The translations under genes and the position numbers were made by a program. A DNA stretch of 32,000 nt from an uncultured archaeon (GTDB taxonomy: Archaea > Asgardarchaeota > Lokiarchaeia > Sigyniarchaeales > Promethearchaeaceae). Within the stretch, counting starts at the first letter, position 1. Every line of letters begins with the position of its first letter. The DNA is taken from positions 1 through 32,000 of the forward strand of contig CAYRPF010000013.1 of the NCBI GenBank assembly GCA_964426185.1, in the 5' to 3' direction. The notes below the pieces were generated by a model, which was given only the letters and a program-made list of their open reading frames with translations, searched no databases and had not been told where the DNA came from. Positions 23,860 to 32,000 of this stretch are shown here, piece by piece.

Positions 23860-24243
23860 TTATGGAAGAAATTTCTTTATCCAACTTGCAAACTCTTTAT
23901 CTTTAAACCTATTTTCTTGAAAAATACTTAGGTTTTCTGCCAATTTCTGCGCAAATAGATGTTTACAATAACCAAAGGTTTGCCTACGATAGATGTATTC
24001 AATTAGAAAATTCTGACATTGACAAAAAACTTCGGGATAAATCAAATAGTAACCAGAATGGCCTTGTATAGACCAAACAACCAATTGGGAAGGAAAAAAG
24101 ATATTTTTATGAATGGAAACAGCATTATTTTGCAAAAGTTCTAAGGATCGATAGAAAAGATCTCCATACTTCTGCTGAAATTTTACAACTAAAGAACCAG
24201 TGAGTTTTCCTTCTTTGCGCAATTCATCAAATAAATCCATCAA
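23860..24243 (-). CDS. SWIM zinc-finger protein
   Basis: FCQCQNF...CKHLFA matches the CxC-n-CxH SWIM motif. Confidence 0.85.
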   Translation of the reverse strand: MMDLFDELRKEGKLTGSLVVKFQQKYGDLFYRSLELLQNNAVSIHKNIFFPSQLVVWSIQGHSGYYLIYPEVFCQCQNFLIEYIYRRQTFGYCKHLFAQKLAENLSIFQENRFKDKEFASWIKKFLP

Positions 24244-24296
24244 CTAAAGATAAGAATTATCTTAATTAAATAATTGTTGTAAGTGTTGTTAAAGTA

Positions 24297-25670
24297 ATGA
24301 AGAAATTGAATATTTTACTATTTCCTACCCGATTTTACCCTGCCATTAGTGGTGGAGATTTCTTACTTGAACGTTTAGGAAGAGAATTTCTACGTATCTC
24401 TAAGCGTTCTGATTTAGAACGTTTAAACCTACAAGAAATGAATGTTAAAGTTTTAACTTCAAATGCAATTGATTTTGGGGCATTACGGGGAAATGGAAGA
24501 ATAATTGATACAAAACACCGATATTTTTCTCATTACAAAAATCTTGATATTTACCGTTACAAATCATATCATAACAGTAAAAATAACTCAAATAGAACCC
24601 AAAAACAAAATTTATTTGAAAAACTTGGTTATCTTACTAATCTATACGTACCTGAATTTGCTTCAGATTTAAACCCACTTATCGAAAACGGACCAATACT
24701 TTCAGAACTAATAGATGATCTCTATTTCAAGCGTTTTGAAAAGAAATTACCATTTATACCACAAATCATTCATTGTACTTATTTTCCTTATCTAAATATT
24801 CTTTATAGTTTACTTATTGCTAGATATTTTGAAATTCCAGCTTGTATTACTCCATTTCTCCATTTTGCCAATATCCGATATCAAAATGAGGTGTTTTACT
24901 CGATATTACAAGAATTTGATCTCATTTTTGCCTGCACTAACTATGAAAAACAAGTTCTCTTGTCACATGGAATAAAAGAAAAACAAATTGTAGTAATGCC
25001 AATGGGAGTGGATGCACAGCGATTTAATCAAGAAAATTATCAAGAAATATTTCTAAAGGTATATAATCCCCAAAAACCTTTAATTTTATTCTGTGGGTAT
25101 AAAAATTTTGAGAAGGGAGCTCTCACCCTTTTAAAAATTATCCCATACTTAGATAAAAAGTATAAAAAATGCAGTATCGTATTTATTGGTCCAAGTACCA
25201 CGGCATTTAATTATGAAATGACAAATCTCAAGAAAATTATCAAAAATGTACAAATTATAAATATTTCTCCAGAAAATCTTGCTGGGATGTATGATAAAAA
25301 AAAAATTGGAGTCTTTCAATTGGCCGATATTTACTGTATGCCCAGTCGTTCTGATGCATATGGAATTGCTTTCTTAGAAGCATGGGCAACAGGAACTCCA
25401 GTAATTGCTGCAAAAATTCCGGCAATGCAAGAAGTTGTAAATGAAAAAAAAGATGGACTTTTAGTCGAATTTGATAGTATAGAAGAATTAATTCAAGCGA
25501 TATCCACACTTATAGAAAACCCTTCCTTAAGAACCGAAATGGGAATTGCAGGTCAAAAAAAGGTTTTAAAAAACAACAATTGGACAGAAATCGCTGTAAA
25601 AACGCTGCAAAATTATCAAGAAATTATTGAAAATCATAAAAAAATTAAATTTAGGAGGAAATTGAAATGA
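24297..25670 (+). CDS. Glycosyltransferase family 4 (GT-B fold)
   Basis: FYPAISGG, PMGVD, EKG, PSRSDAYGIAFLEAWATGTPVI, DGLLV, MG.AG. Confidence 0.9.
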   Translation: MKKLNILLFPTRFYPAISGGDFLLERLGREFLRISKRSDLERLNLQEMNVKVLTSNAIDFGALRGNGRIIDTKHRYFSHYKNLDIYRYKSYHNSKNNSNRTQKQNLFEKLGYLTNLYVPEFASDLNPLIENGPILSELIDDLYFKRFEKKLPFIPQIIHCTYFPYLNILYSLLIARYFEIPACITPFLHFANIRYQNEVFYSILQEFDLIFACTNYEKQVLLSHGIKEKQIVVMPMGVDAQRFNQENYQEIFLKVYNPQKPLILFCGYKNFEKGALTLLKIIPYLDKKYKKCSIVFIGPSTTAFNYEMTNLKKIIKNVQIINISPENLAGMYDKKKIGVFQLADIYCMPSRSDAYGIAFLEAWATGTPVIAAKIPAMQEVVNEKKDGLLVEFDSIEELIQAISTLIENPSLRTEMGIAGQKKVLKNNNWTEIAVKTLQNYQEIIENHKKIKFRRKLK

Positions 25671-26917
25671 GTAAAAATAAGAAATCTCTATATGGAAATA
25701 AGTATGTAAATATAGAAAATGGAGAACTTAAGTTGGGAAATATCTTGTGCAAAAATTTAACCCAAAATTGGGAAACACCAATATTTCTTTTCTTAGAACA
25801 AAAAATTCGAGATAACATACGATATATTACTTCTGTATTTAAAGAGGTTTTTCCCAAATCAAGAGGTTTTTATTCCATGAAAGCAAATTTCTTGCAAAAA
25901 ACCATGGAAATAATCAGAGATGAGCAGTTTGGAGCTGAAATCGTTTCATTTAATGAATTGAAAATTTTAGAAAAGCTCAATTTTGATTCTTCCCGAATTA
26001 TAGTTGGAGGACCTTATTTATCCGCTCAATTGCTCGATAAAATTATTTCCATGGAAATTCCATATATTGTAATTTATGATATAGATGAAATTCCCAAAAT
26101 CTCTCAACGTATTAGACAAAATAATAAATCAAATAAATATAAGCCTAAAATTCTATTAAAATTCCAAACATTGAAATATACAAGTCGTCACGGGCTTTCT
26201 CATACTAAAGATACATTTCAAACCCTATCAAAAATTTTTATTGCTAATCCAGAACTTGAATATGCTGGTATTTTGTCCCATTATGGAACACGGTTGAAAA
26301 CTTGGATACAATATGAACAAAATCTTAATAATTTGATAGAGATAGTTCAAAAAATAAAAAATTTTGCAGGGTTAGAAACAAAGATTCTTGATATCGGAGG
26401 AGGATTTTCAAATGCCGACTCATTAAAGGAAAAAGAATTTCGCTCCTATCTCGAGAGAATGCGAGAGATGCTTCGCAAGGAAAATCTTCAGAATTGCACT
26501 ATTTTTTATGAACCTGGAAGATTTATTATGGAAGATACAGGATTCTGTATCTCACAAGTGATTCGTGTTGATCCACACCATCGTGTTGTATTTCTTAATA
26601 TTGGAAATAATTTCATCCCTAAATTTATGAAATCCTCGTTAAGATTTTACAATGCAGATCGTATTACTGAATCACCCAATACTCCAATGGATTTTATGGG
26701 TTACATACCCTCAGATCAAGACATTCTAATTAAAAAATACAACTTTACTCAATCGGTGCAAAAGGGAGATATCATAGTAATAGCTAATGTTGGTGCGTAT
26801 GCGCTCACTTGGTCAACCCGTTTTCCATATCAGATTCCCAAGATACTGTTTTTAGGGAAAAAAAATATTGTTAGATACCAAGGAGATCCAAATCCCGCGG
26901 AATTCAGCCTCTCTTAG
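25667..26917 (+). CDS. Fold-type III PLP-dependent decarboxylase (LysA/ornithine decarboxylase-like, divergent)
   Basis: YSMKAN (PLP Lys), EIVS..EL, HYGT, DIGGGF, EPGRF, GAY. ATGA overlap with the GT4 gene; AGGAGG at 25653-25658. Confidence 0.8.
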   Translation: MSKNKKSLYGNKYVNIENGELKLGNILCKNLTQNWETPIFLFLEQKIRDNIRYITSVFKEVFPKSRGFYSMKANFLQKTMEIIRDEQFGAEIVSFNELKILEKLNFDSSRIIVGGPYLSAQLLDKIISMEIPYIVIYDIDEIPKISQRIRQNNKSNKYKPKILLKFQTLKYTSRHGLSHTKDTFQTLSKIFIANPELEYAGILSHYGTRLKTWIQYEQNLNNLIEIVQKIKNFAGLETKILDIGGGFSNADSLKEKEFRSYLERMREMLRKENLQNCTIFYEPGRFIMEDTGFCISQVIRVDPHHRVVFLNIGNNFIPKFMKSSLRFYNADRITESPNTPMDFMGYIPSDQDILIKKYNFTQSVQKGDIIVIANVGAYALTWSTRFPYQIPKILFLGKKNIVRYQGDPNPAEFSLS

Positions 26918-27003
26918 AATATTATATATATGTAGATAATATCACATATAAAAACTCGAATGCTCTTTTTATTTTTTATACCTCGAGTGAAGGATCGGTT
27001 GGC

Positions 27004-28143
27004 ATGAAACATCATCTGACAAATTCCCCAGTTAATATGAACACGAAAAAAACAGATATCTTTAAATCTGAGATAGGTCAAGCAAACATCTTGATATTAG
27101 GTTGTGGTGGTGCTGGAAACAACACAGTGGATCGTCTAATGAAAATTGGTATTCGGGGAGCGCGTTGTATAGCGATTAATACTGATCGACAACACTTAGA
27201 ATCTGTTCATGCCCATTTTAAACTATTGATTGGAAGCAATCTTACCCGTGGTCTTGGGGCAGGAGGACGCCCAGAAATTGGACGTCAAGCTGCTGAAGAA
27301 TCTCGTCCTGAATTGGAGAAAATTCTCTTAGAGAGCGATTTGGTCTTTATTACTTGTGGAATGGGTGGAGGCACCGGTACAGGAAGCGCTCCTATCATAG
27401 CTCAAATTGCTAAAAATCAAGGTGCTATTGTAGTAGGAGTAATTACAATGCCATTTCAAGCCGAGATGAAACGCGTATCTCGCGCTAAAGATGGAGTTAA
27501 TGCCTTAAAAAATTATGTTGATACCTTAGTTTTAATTGATAATAATAGATTACTGGAAATTGCAGCTGATCTGCCAATCACAGAAGCCTTTAGCTTAGCA
27601 GACGAAGTTTTAGCTACAATGGTAAAAGGTATTACGGAAACAATCTCTCTTCCATCACTGATAAACTTAGATTATGCCGACATCCGAACTATTTTAAGTT
27701 CTGCAGGAATGGCAATAGTTGGGATTGGCGAAGGAGATGATCCCCGTCATCGTGTTGAAGAAGCAATCGAAGATGCATTAAATTCGCCTTTACTCGACTT
27801 TGATATTTCTGGTGCAAAAGGTGCTTTAATTCATGTTTCAGGAGGAAATGATTTAACATTGGTTGAAACGACTCGAGTAGCGGATTTAATTACTGAACGT
27901 ATGGATCCAAATGCCCAAGTTATTTGGGGTGCTCGAGTAGATCCAAATTTAACCGGAATTTTGAGAGTGATGCTATTAATTACAGGAGTGAAATCACCGC
28001 AAATGTTAGGAAATTCTAAAATTTCATTTATTAAACCAGAATTTGCCCAACAATTAGACACTCAACGACCTTCTCTTGCAGATGATTTCTTTAATATTAA
28101 TGAAATTAGATCAATAAATGAAGAAAATTTGAATTTATATTAA
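27004..28143 (+). CDS. ftsZ: Cell division protein FtsZ
   Basis: [22 protein letters not shown], signature [10 protein letters not shown]7 loop INLDYAD, WGAR.D, LITGV. Confidence 0.97.
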   Translation: MKHHLTNSPVNMNTKKTDIFKSEIGQANILILGCGGAGNNTVDRLMKIGIRGARCIAINTDRQHLESVHAHFKLLIGSNLTRGLGAGGRPEIGRQAAEESRPELEKILLESDLVFITCGMGGGTGTGSAPIIAQIAKNQGAIVVGVITMPFQAEMKRVSRAKDGVNALKNYVDTLVLIDNNRLLEIAADLPITEAFSLADEVLATMVKGITETISLPSLINLDYADIRTILSSAGMAIVGIGEGDDPRHRVEEAIEDALNSPLLDFDISGAKGALIHVSGGNDLTLVETTRVADLITERMDPNAQVIWGARVDPNLTGILRVMLLITGVKSPQMLGNSKISFIKPEFAQQLDTQRPSLADDFFNINEIRSINEENLNLY

Positions 28144-28151
28144 TTAGAAAT

Positions 28152-28733
28152 CTAGATGGTGGGTTTCCACATTTCGGTAAATTCTTCTTGTTTTTTCTTC
28201 TGGTACTCATTGTGAAGATAATTAATTACCGTTTTGTGAGGTGCTCCTTGCAAGATCATATTTATGGCTTTTTTTGCGATTTTGATAGAATCAAATTCCC
28301 CGATCAAAGCTATATATTTATCATATATTGAGATATTCACACATGCAAATTTCTCAAGATCTTGTCGAAATTTTCCTTGATCTCCAATTAATCGCCCTTT
28401 CATCCGCTTCAATTTTTTAGGTGAATGACCTAAGATTTGTTCTAAATTAATTAATTCAAAAATCATCTCAGCATCAAGCAGTTTTAATGCTTTTTGGGGG
28501 TTAAAACCGTAATTTATGGCATTTAGAATCGATTGAGTAGTATATACACGAATATTTGGATCTTGAAATTCCTGATTTTCTTCTGGGAATTTTATTTCCA
28601 TATTTGGCTTAATTTGATACTCTCCAGTATTGCTATCGATGATTATGTGTGTTCCGGTTTGCTGTTCCAATAGATTTTTCGTGACCCCATGTTTACCAAT
28701 TACAACAGCTAATCGATCTTTGAAAAATGCCAT
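28152..28733 (-). CDS. KH-domain pre-rRNA processing protein (Dim2/Pno1 family)
   Basis: VIGKHG and RLIGDQG KH loops, AI..GF.P..A..LL, I.GAPH..V..YL. Adjacent to RIO1. Confidence 0.9.
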   Translation of the reverse strand: MAFFKDRLAVVIGKHGVTKNLLEQQTGTHIIIDSNTGEYQIKPNMEIKFPEENQEFQDPNIRVYTTQSILNAINYGFNPQKALKLLDAEMIFELINLEQILGHSPKKLKRMKGRLIGDQGKFRQDLEKFACVNISIYDKYIALIGEFDSIKIAKKAINMILQGAPHKTVINYLHNEYQKKKQEEFTEMWKPTI

Positions 28734-28845
28734 AATACAATCAATTATTCATTAATTAAATCGTTTATGTGATTGTACTATAACCATGACAATTTTCTAC
28801 TGATCAAACTTGATCACTTTTAAATTAGCTGTGGAAAAGTTTTTT

Positions 28846-29643
28846 TTATTTATTGTGATATGCCTTCATGATTTTTGAATATAGAGTATCAACAGTTCCA
28901 ATTGTTTTTTCATTCAGATAATCTCCAAAAAAATTGAAAACATTGATTAAATCTCTTTTTAGAAAAACAGGGGCATTCACATGGTAAGTAGAAACCGCTT
29001 GGGAGACATCTATAATTATTGGTTCATCATTCCAATAGAGAATGTTATATTCACTTAAATCTCCATGAACCAAATTAGCAATTAAATACATATCTTCGAT
29101 ATATTGAATAACTTTGAGAAAAATTTTTACGGGTTCAGGTAATGGATTCACATCTTTTAAACGGGGGGCAGGAGAACCATTTTTTTCACCAATATATTCC
29201 ATTAAGACGATATTATTGACACAAAAAATTGGTTCGGGAACGGGAATATTATGACGATGTAATTGTTTTAGATTTTTGAATTCCTTTTTACTCCAAGTAT
29301 AAATGATTTTATGAGTCGAATTACCTATTTTCTTAAACCGAGGATCTCCAATAATGTAGTTTTTCATCCATTTAGTATTTTGAGGGTCAATTTTGTAAAT
29401 TTTTACCGCTAAGGGTTTATCTTCTTCTCCAATAGCAAAATATACATTAGCTTCTTTTCCAGCTGAAATAATACCAACAAATTCTTTAATTATACCTTTA
29501 ACTCGTAATTTATTTATGTTTTCAGTGGTATATTTGTCAAAAACGCCTCCAGTTGCCATGCGTTCTTCTTTTTTTCTTTTCTTCTTAATACGCTGTTTAT
29601 CTCTTTTTTGTTCCAATCGATCGACTAGTTTATCTTCTACCAT
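28846..29643 (-). CDS. rio1: RIO1 serine/threonine kinase
   Basis: ISAGKEANVY, AVKIY, YI.GDPRF, W..KEF.NL, HGDLSEYNIL, IIDVSQAV. Start probably ATG 29643 or 29658. Confidence 0.94.
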   Translation of the reverse strand: MVEDKLVDRLEQKRDKQRIKKKRKKEERMATGGVFDKYTTENINKLRVKGIIKEFVGIISAGKEANVYFAIGEEDKPLAVKIYKIDPQNTKWMKNYIIGDPRFKKIGNSTHKIIYTWSKKEFKNLKQLHRHNIPVPEPIFCVNNIVLMEYIGEKNGSPAPRLKDVNPLPEPVKIFLKVIQYIEDMYLIANLVHGDLSEYNILYWNDEPIIIDVSQAVSTYHVNAPVFLKRDLINVFNFFGDYLNEKTIGTVDTLYSKIMKAYHNK

Positions 29644-29665
29644 AGTATCTCTCTTCATTATTGGT

Positions 29666-30661
29666 TTAATTTGATTTTTTTTCAAAATGGGATTGATCTT
29701 CAGATTCATTTTCCAAAAAATGCCATTTCTTTTTTTGAAACTGATCAAAATTAAGTTGTTTTACTTTTTTACCAGATAATTCAATCAAAATAACCTTATT
29801 ATGTGTGATATTTTTCACTTGATAATCTTTACCATCAAATAAAATGTGATCCTTTTTATGAACAGGAATTAATCGTAATAAAGTAGACTGGCGATATAAT
29901 CGTGTCCCTGTTTCATGATCAATACCCATTAATCGCTTGGAATATTTTACTTCAAATGGGTATTTTGTTCGTAATTGATGAATTAAGGTTCGGGCCATGG
30001 CATTATTACTAATTTTCAAATCGAATCCATTGATAGTGTTTTCGATTTTGGTGATAAAAAAGGAGAGATTCTTTTGGTGTTCATTTGCTTCGATTAGGTG
30101 AATTTCATCTAAAATTTCTTGGAGACGGGGGATATCTCTCGGATGTTGAATCCTTATTTGCAAAATCGCATCAAACCGGCCGCCAGATTTTTGAGCACAG
30201 TACGGACATTGTATTTTTCTTAATTGGATTTCTAAAGATAATTCTCCTGTAATGAGTTCATCTGATTTTTGATATTCTATTCGAACGTGAATATCTGAAT
30301 CTTGATCAAAAGAGATTGATTGAGGAAGAAACAAAATGCAGTGAATAGAGTACTTATCTTCAAGAGAAAAAATCAATGCTTCATGAAGTAAATTGCTCAA
30401 AAAATCTATTTCAAGTTCATCGGGAGGAACATACTGCCAATCTAAAAATTTATCATCAATTCTTAAAGAAACAGCAGAACAAATATAACACTTGCGGAGT
30501 TGGATTTTCTGGGGTAGATGTACATGGATTTCTTCTTTTCCATAACACGCACGGCATAAAAATCCTGGATAAATTTTTTCTTCATTATTCATGATTTTAC
30601 CGCACTTTGAACAAAATCGCCGTAGTTTCATTTCTCGTTCTACATATACGTATATCGACAT
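29666..30661 (-). CDS. NMD3 family large-subunit ribosome biogenesis protein
   Basis: Four CxxC pairs (CSKC, CRAC, CYIC, CPYC), AILQIR, GFD, S..LMG.D..TG..LYR...L.RL. Confidence 0.9.
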   Translation of the reverse strand: MSIYVYVEREMKLRRFCSKCGKIMNNEEKIYPGFLCRACYGKEEIHVHLPQKIQLRKCYICSAVSLRIDDKFLDWQYVPPDELEIDFLSNLLHEALIFSLEDKYSIHCILFLPQSISFDQDSDIHVRIEYQKSDELITGELSLEIQLRKIQCPYCAQKSGGRFDAILQIRIQHPRDIPRLQEILDEIHLIEANEHQKNLSFFITKIENTINGFDLKISNNAMARTLIHQLRTKYPFEVKYSKRLMGIDHETGTRLYRQSTLLRLIPVHKKDHILFDGKDYQVKNITHNKVILIELSGKKVKQLNFDQFQKKKWHFLENESEDQSHFEKKSN

Positions 30662-30662
30662 G

Positions 30663-30986
30663 CTAAAAAATAATTTTCATTGCAATCGGAATACCTTCAA
30701 TTTCCAAAATCCCACCAGGATGAATAATGTGCAATTCTACCAATTTTGATATCAAATGTTCACCAACTGCTGTGAAATTAGTTGATTTTTGTAAAATAGG
30801 TATAATTTGGGAAATAGGTTTGCGATCTCCGTGGAAAAACGCTTCTGTTACTTGAAATTGGAATTTTCCTTCATGTAAGCTAAGCCCAATGCACTCAACA
30901 TCGCAAGCTCCGATTGTGACTTCATTACCTTTCTGATGTACCTTTATAAATCCCTCGAATTCGGGTGTTTTTATTTGTCGGGTCAT
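30663..30986 (-). CDS. DUF424 family protein
   Basis: KVH...GACD.E.IG, V.E.FF.G, VGE.....LV, I.GIP.A; found in its usual neighbourhood of NMD3 and aIF2beta. Confidence 0.85.
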   Translation of the reverse strand: MTRQIKTPEFEGFIKVHQKGNEVTIGACDVECIGLSLHEGKFQFQVTEAFFHGDRKPISQIIPILQKSTNFTAVGEHLISKLVELHIIHPGGILEIEGIPIAMKIIF

Positions 30987-31034
30987 GGTATTTCTCTAAT
31001 TATTCCAGATTTTTTGTAAAATAATTTTAATAGT

Positions 31035-31139
31035 TTTTTTTCGCACAATCAGTTTTACGAATCATAATTTGAAATATTTCATCCATGAATTATTTCTTAT
31101 TTGAATAACTCTAATCATAAAACTAAAATGCGAAAAAAA
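31035..31139. repeat. Intergenic element of about 105 bp with imperfect terminal inverted repeats
   Basis: TTTTTTTCGCA (31035-45) pairs with TGCGAAAAAAA (31129-39); AGTTTTACGA (31051-60) pairs with TCATAAAACT (31115-24) at 9 of 10 positions. Confidence 0.55.
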
Positions 31140-31155
31140 GGGTTGAAATAAGAAT

Positions 31156-31566
31156 TTATAACTTGATAGGGTGTCTGGTTCCGCATGCATGACAAACTAA
31201 AAGATGATCACGGCCCTCTTTTACAATAACAGTATCTGGTTTTCCGCATGTCTCACATATCACGTAGGTTTCGCAGTAATTATTGATCAAACGATTAATT
31301 GTTCGTAATTTTTGCTTCCCTTTCAAAATTGCCTTATTTCCCTTGATATTTCCTGCCGTACCAACTTCTTGTAAAATATATTTAATAAAGTGGTTTTCAT
31401 CCCGCTTAATCGAATCTACAATCTCATTAAAATTTACAATAATGGTATTCTTTCCTTCAAATTCAAGTCTTGCCAAGGGGATTTTCCAGCGATCAGTTTC
31501 ATGAAAACCTTCGGGAATTTTATCTAATGCGCGATCAACTAGCGCCAAATATTCTTTCTCGTCCAT
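31156..31566 (-). CDS. Translation initiation factor 2 subunit beta (aIF2beta)
   Basis: Y..L.DRA...IP, RW.IP, GK.T.I.NF, E.GT.G, YVIC..CGKPDT...C.ACG. Confidence 0.95.
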   Translation of the reverse strand: MDEKEYLALVDRALDKIPEGFHETDRWKIPLARLEFEGKNTIIVNFNEIVDSIKRDENHFIKYILQEVGTAGNIKGNKAILKGKQKLRTINRLINNYCETYVICETCGKPDTVIVKEGRDHLLVCHACGTRHPIKL

Positions 31567-31617
31567 TAAAAGAAATAAAGTTCCTTAGCAAAAAAAATTT
31601 GGGAATTTTCAGCTAAT

Positions 31618-32000
31618 TTAATAAGCAGAATAATAACCCACATTAGTTTTATAAATCCTAATGTCTTGGCTAAGTTGCTCTAAATACCCTTTTAAAGCGG
31701 TCAAATCCAGATGAAAAGCTTCTTGAATAGCTGAAACTGCTACCCCATCTCCTTCATCGTTTTTTTGAATGAATTTTACAATCTCATCCATAATTGTGAG
31801 AGAATGAAACGGATCATTTGAAGAAAGATCTTCTATTTCATCCGAAAGATTTTCAATATCATGTGAAATTTCTTCAATCATCTGATTCTCTGTTGAATCC
31901 GTACTGGGCAAAGACTCAAATTTTTTAACGTTTTCCTTCATATCTGGAAATTCTTTTGAATCAAAGTTAAATTCGGTAAAAGAAGTCGATTCTACCTTCT
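31618..32000 (-). CDS. Partial gene (5' end outside the window) ending in an RPA32-like C-terminal winged-helix domain after an acidic linker
   Basis: The frame stays open from the track start at 31941 to the window edge (KVESTSFTEFNFDSKEFPD-M). C-terminus IVKFIQ..D.GDGV....I......L...LEQL.QD.RIY.T..GYY. Confidence 0.6.
   Translation of the reverse strand, partial: KVESTSFTEFNFDSKEFPDMKENVKKFESLPSTDSTENQMIEEISHDIENLSDEIEDLSSNDPFHSLTIMDEIVKFIQKNDEGDGVAVSAIQEAFHLDLTALKGYLEQLSQDIRIYKTNVGYYSAY

Noticed and set aside
28801-28816. Tandem TGATCA sites upstream of the Dim2-like gene
   Set aside because: Too short to distinguish from chance.
765-31504. Remaining short ORFs nested in or antisense to called genes (765, 1963, 2349, 5201, 5410, 6352, 8823, 9625, 10056, 11878, 12577, 13675, 14878, 19171, 19657, 20064, 21121, 22895, 25255, 25651, 27831, 30376, 31283)
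   Set aside because: They overlap well-supported genes and have no recognisable motifs.
1-32000. CRISPR array, rRNA, IS elements
   Set aside because: No regularly spaced repeats, rRNA-like GC-rich tracts or transposase ORFs were seen.

Overview
AT-rich archaeal core-genome window, very probably from an Asgard archaeon (Lokiarchaeia/Promethearchaeota-like). This is inferred from a Rab-like small GTPase, an Asgard-type profilin, intron-containing tRNAs and archaeal information-processing genes. It holds about 33 genes. (i) Four archaeal CoA-pathway genes in two blocks: pantoate kinase and phosphopantothenate synthetase on either side of aRF1, and panB-DUF72-panE. (ii) Housekeeping genes: Ard1-like N-acetyltransferase, pyrH, ADH synthase, yjjX, PUA/PAPS-reductase/ferredoxin protein, SAMHD1-like HD hydrolase, rpoP (missed by the ORF track), TFB, ftsZ, and the aIF2beta-DUF424-NMD3-RIO1-Dim2 cluster plus a partial RPA32-like gene. 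(iii) Two convergent tRNA-Leu genes: CAA with two BHB introns and TAA with one D-loop intron. The best candidate for an undescribed system is the minus-strand run Zn-finger protein -> profilin with an extra C-terminal helical domain -> gelsolin-like domain fused to two TM helices -> TFB, a possible membrane-anchored actin-regulatory module. No CRISPR array, transposase, integrase or rRNA was seen. All calls come from motif recognition by eye; no database searches were run.
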